DNA from: Octopus sinensis
Lineage: Eukaryota
Reading direction: 5' to 3'
Assembly: GCF_006345805.1 (NCBI RefSeq)
Contig: NC_043013.1
Coordinates: forward strand, 54,808,001-54,872,000
Length of the DNA: 64,000 nt
Made by a program: the position numbers and the translations under genes. Shown one piece after another: positions 63,802 to 64,000 of the stretch. The first letter of the stretch is position 1; every line of letters starts with the position of its first letter. The notes beneath the pieces are model-generated. The model was not told the origin of the DNA and made no database searches. It saw only the letters and a list, made by a program, of their open reading frames with translations.

Positions 63802-64000
63802 AACCTCATTAACATTATATATAGGAACAGAAAAACTAAATTTATTATTCAAAAATCGTACAAAATTTCCACATATCCATTTTTTTTCTGATGTGTTGAC
63901 GTATTCCAACTGATTGCAAAAGAACAAAAGAAAGAGAAAGTTGGTACTCCGTTGTTTTTTTATTACTTTTTCTTATCATATTTTTACACATTTCAAATAT

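Overview
AT-rich eukaryotic non-coding DNA, either intergenic or large-intron. The repeat content (tRNA-derived CORE-type SINEs of the OK/OR1/OR2 kind, dense TA/TACA microsatellites) points to an octopus genome; this is inference from recognised repeats. I found no intact host gene, rRNA, true tRNA gene or CRISPR array, and almost all ORF-track entries are microsatellite or SINE read-throughs. The window holds about six SINE families (my labels A, B, C, D, E, G), a full-length decayed Tc1-like element with DD36E spacing (35064-36311), and an internally deleted Chapaev3-like element nested in a SINE. It also has mariner and hAT remnants, and RTE, R4/Dong, CR1/L2-like and Penelope-like (PLE) fragments. 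The most notable items are: (1) three PLE-type repeat families with minimal hammerhead-ribozyme (HHR)-like motifs, including an inverted-plus-tandem arrangement with a 444-bp HHR-to-HHR spacing at 53.9-54.7 kb; (2) a near-identical 648-650 bp tandem duplication of a two-SINE unit; (3) templated short duplications at retroelement 5' junctions; (4) a SINE tail matching an RTE 3' end within the window; (5) inverted SINE pairs that could form dsRNA. All alignments and translations were done by eye, and repeat boundaries are approximate.
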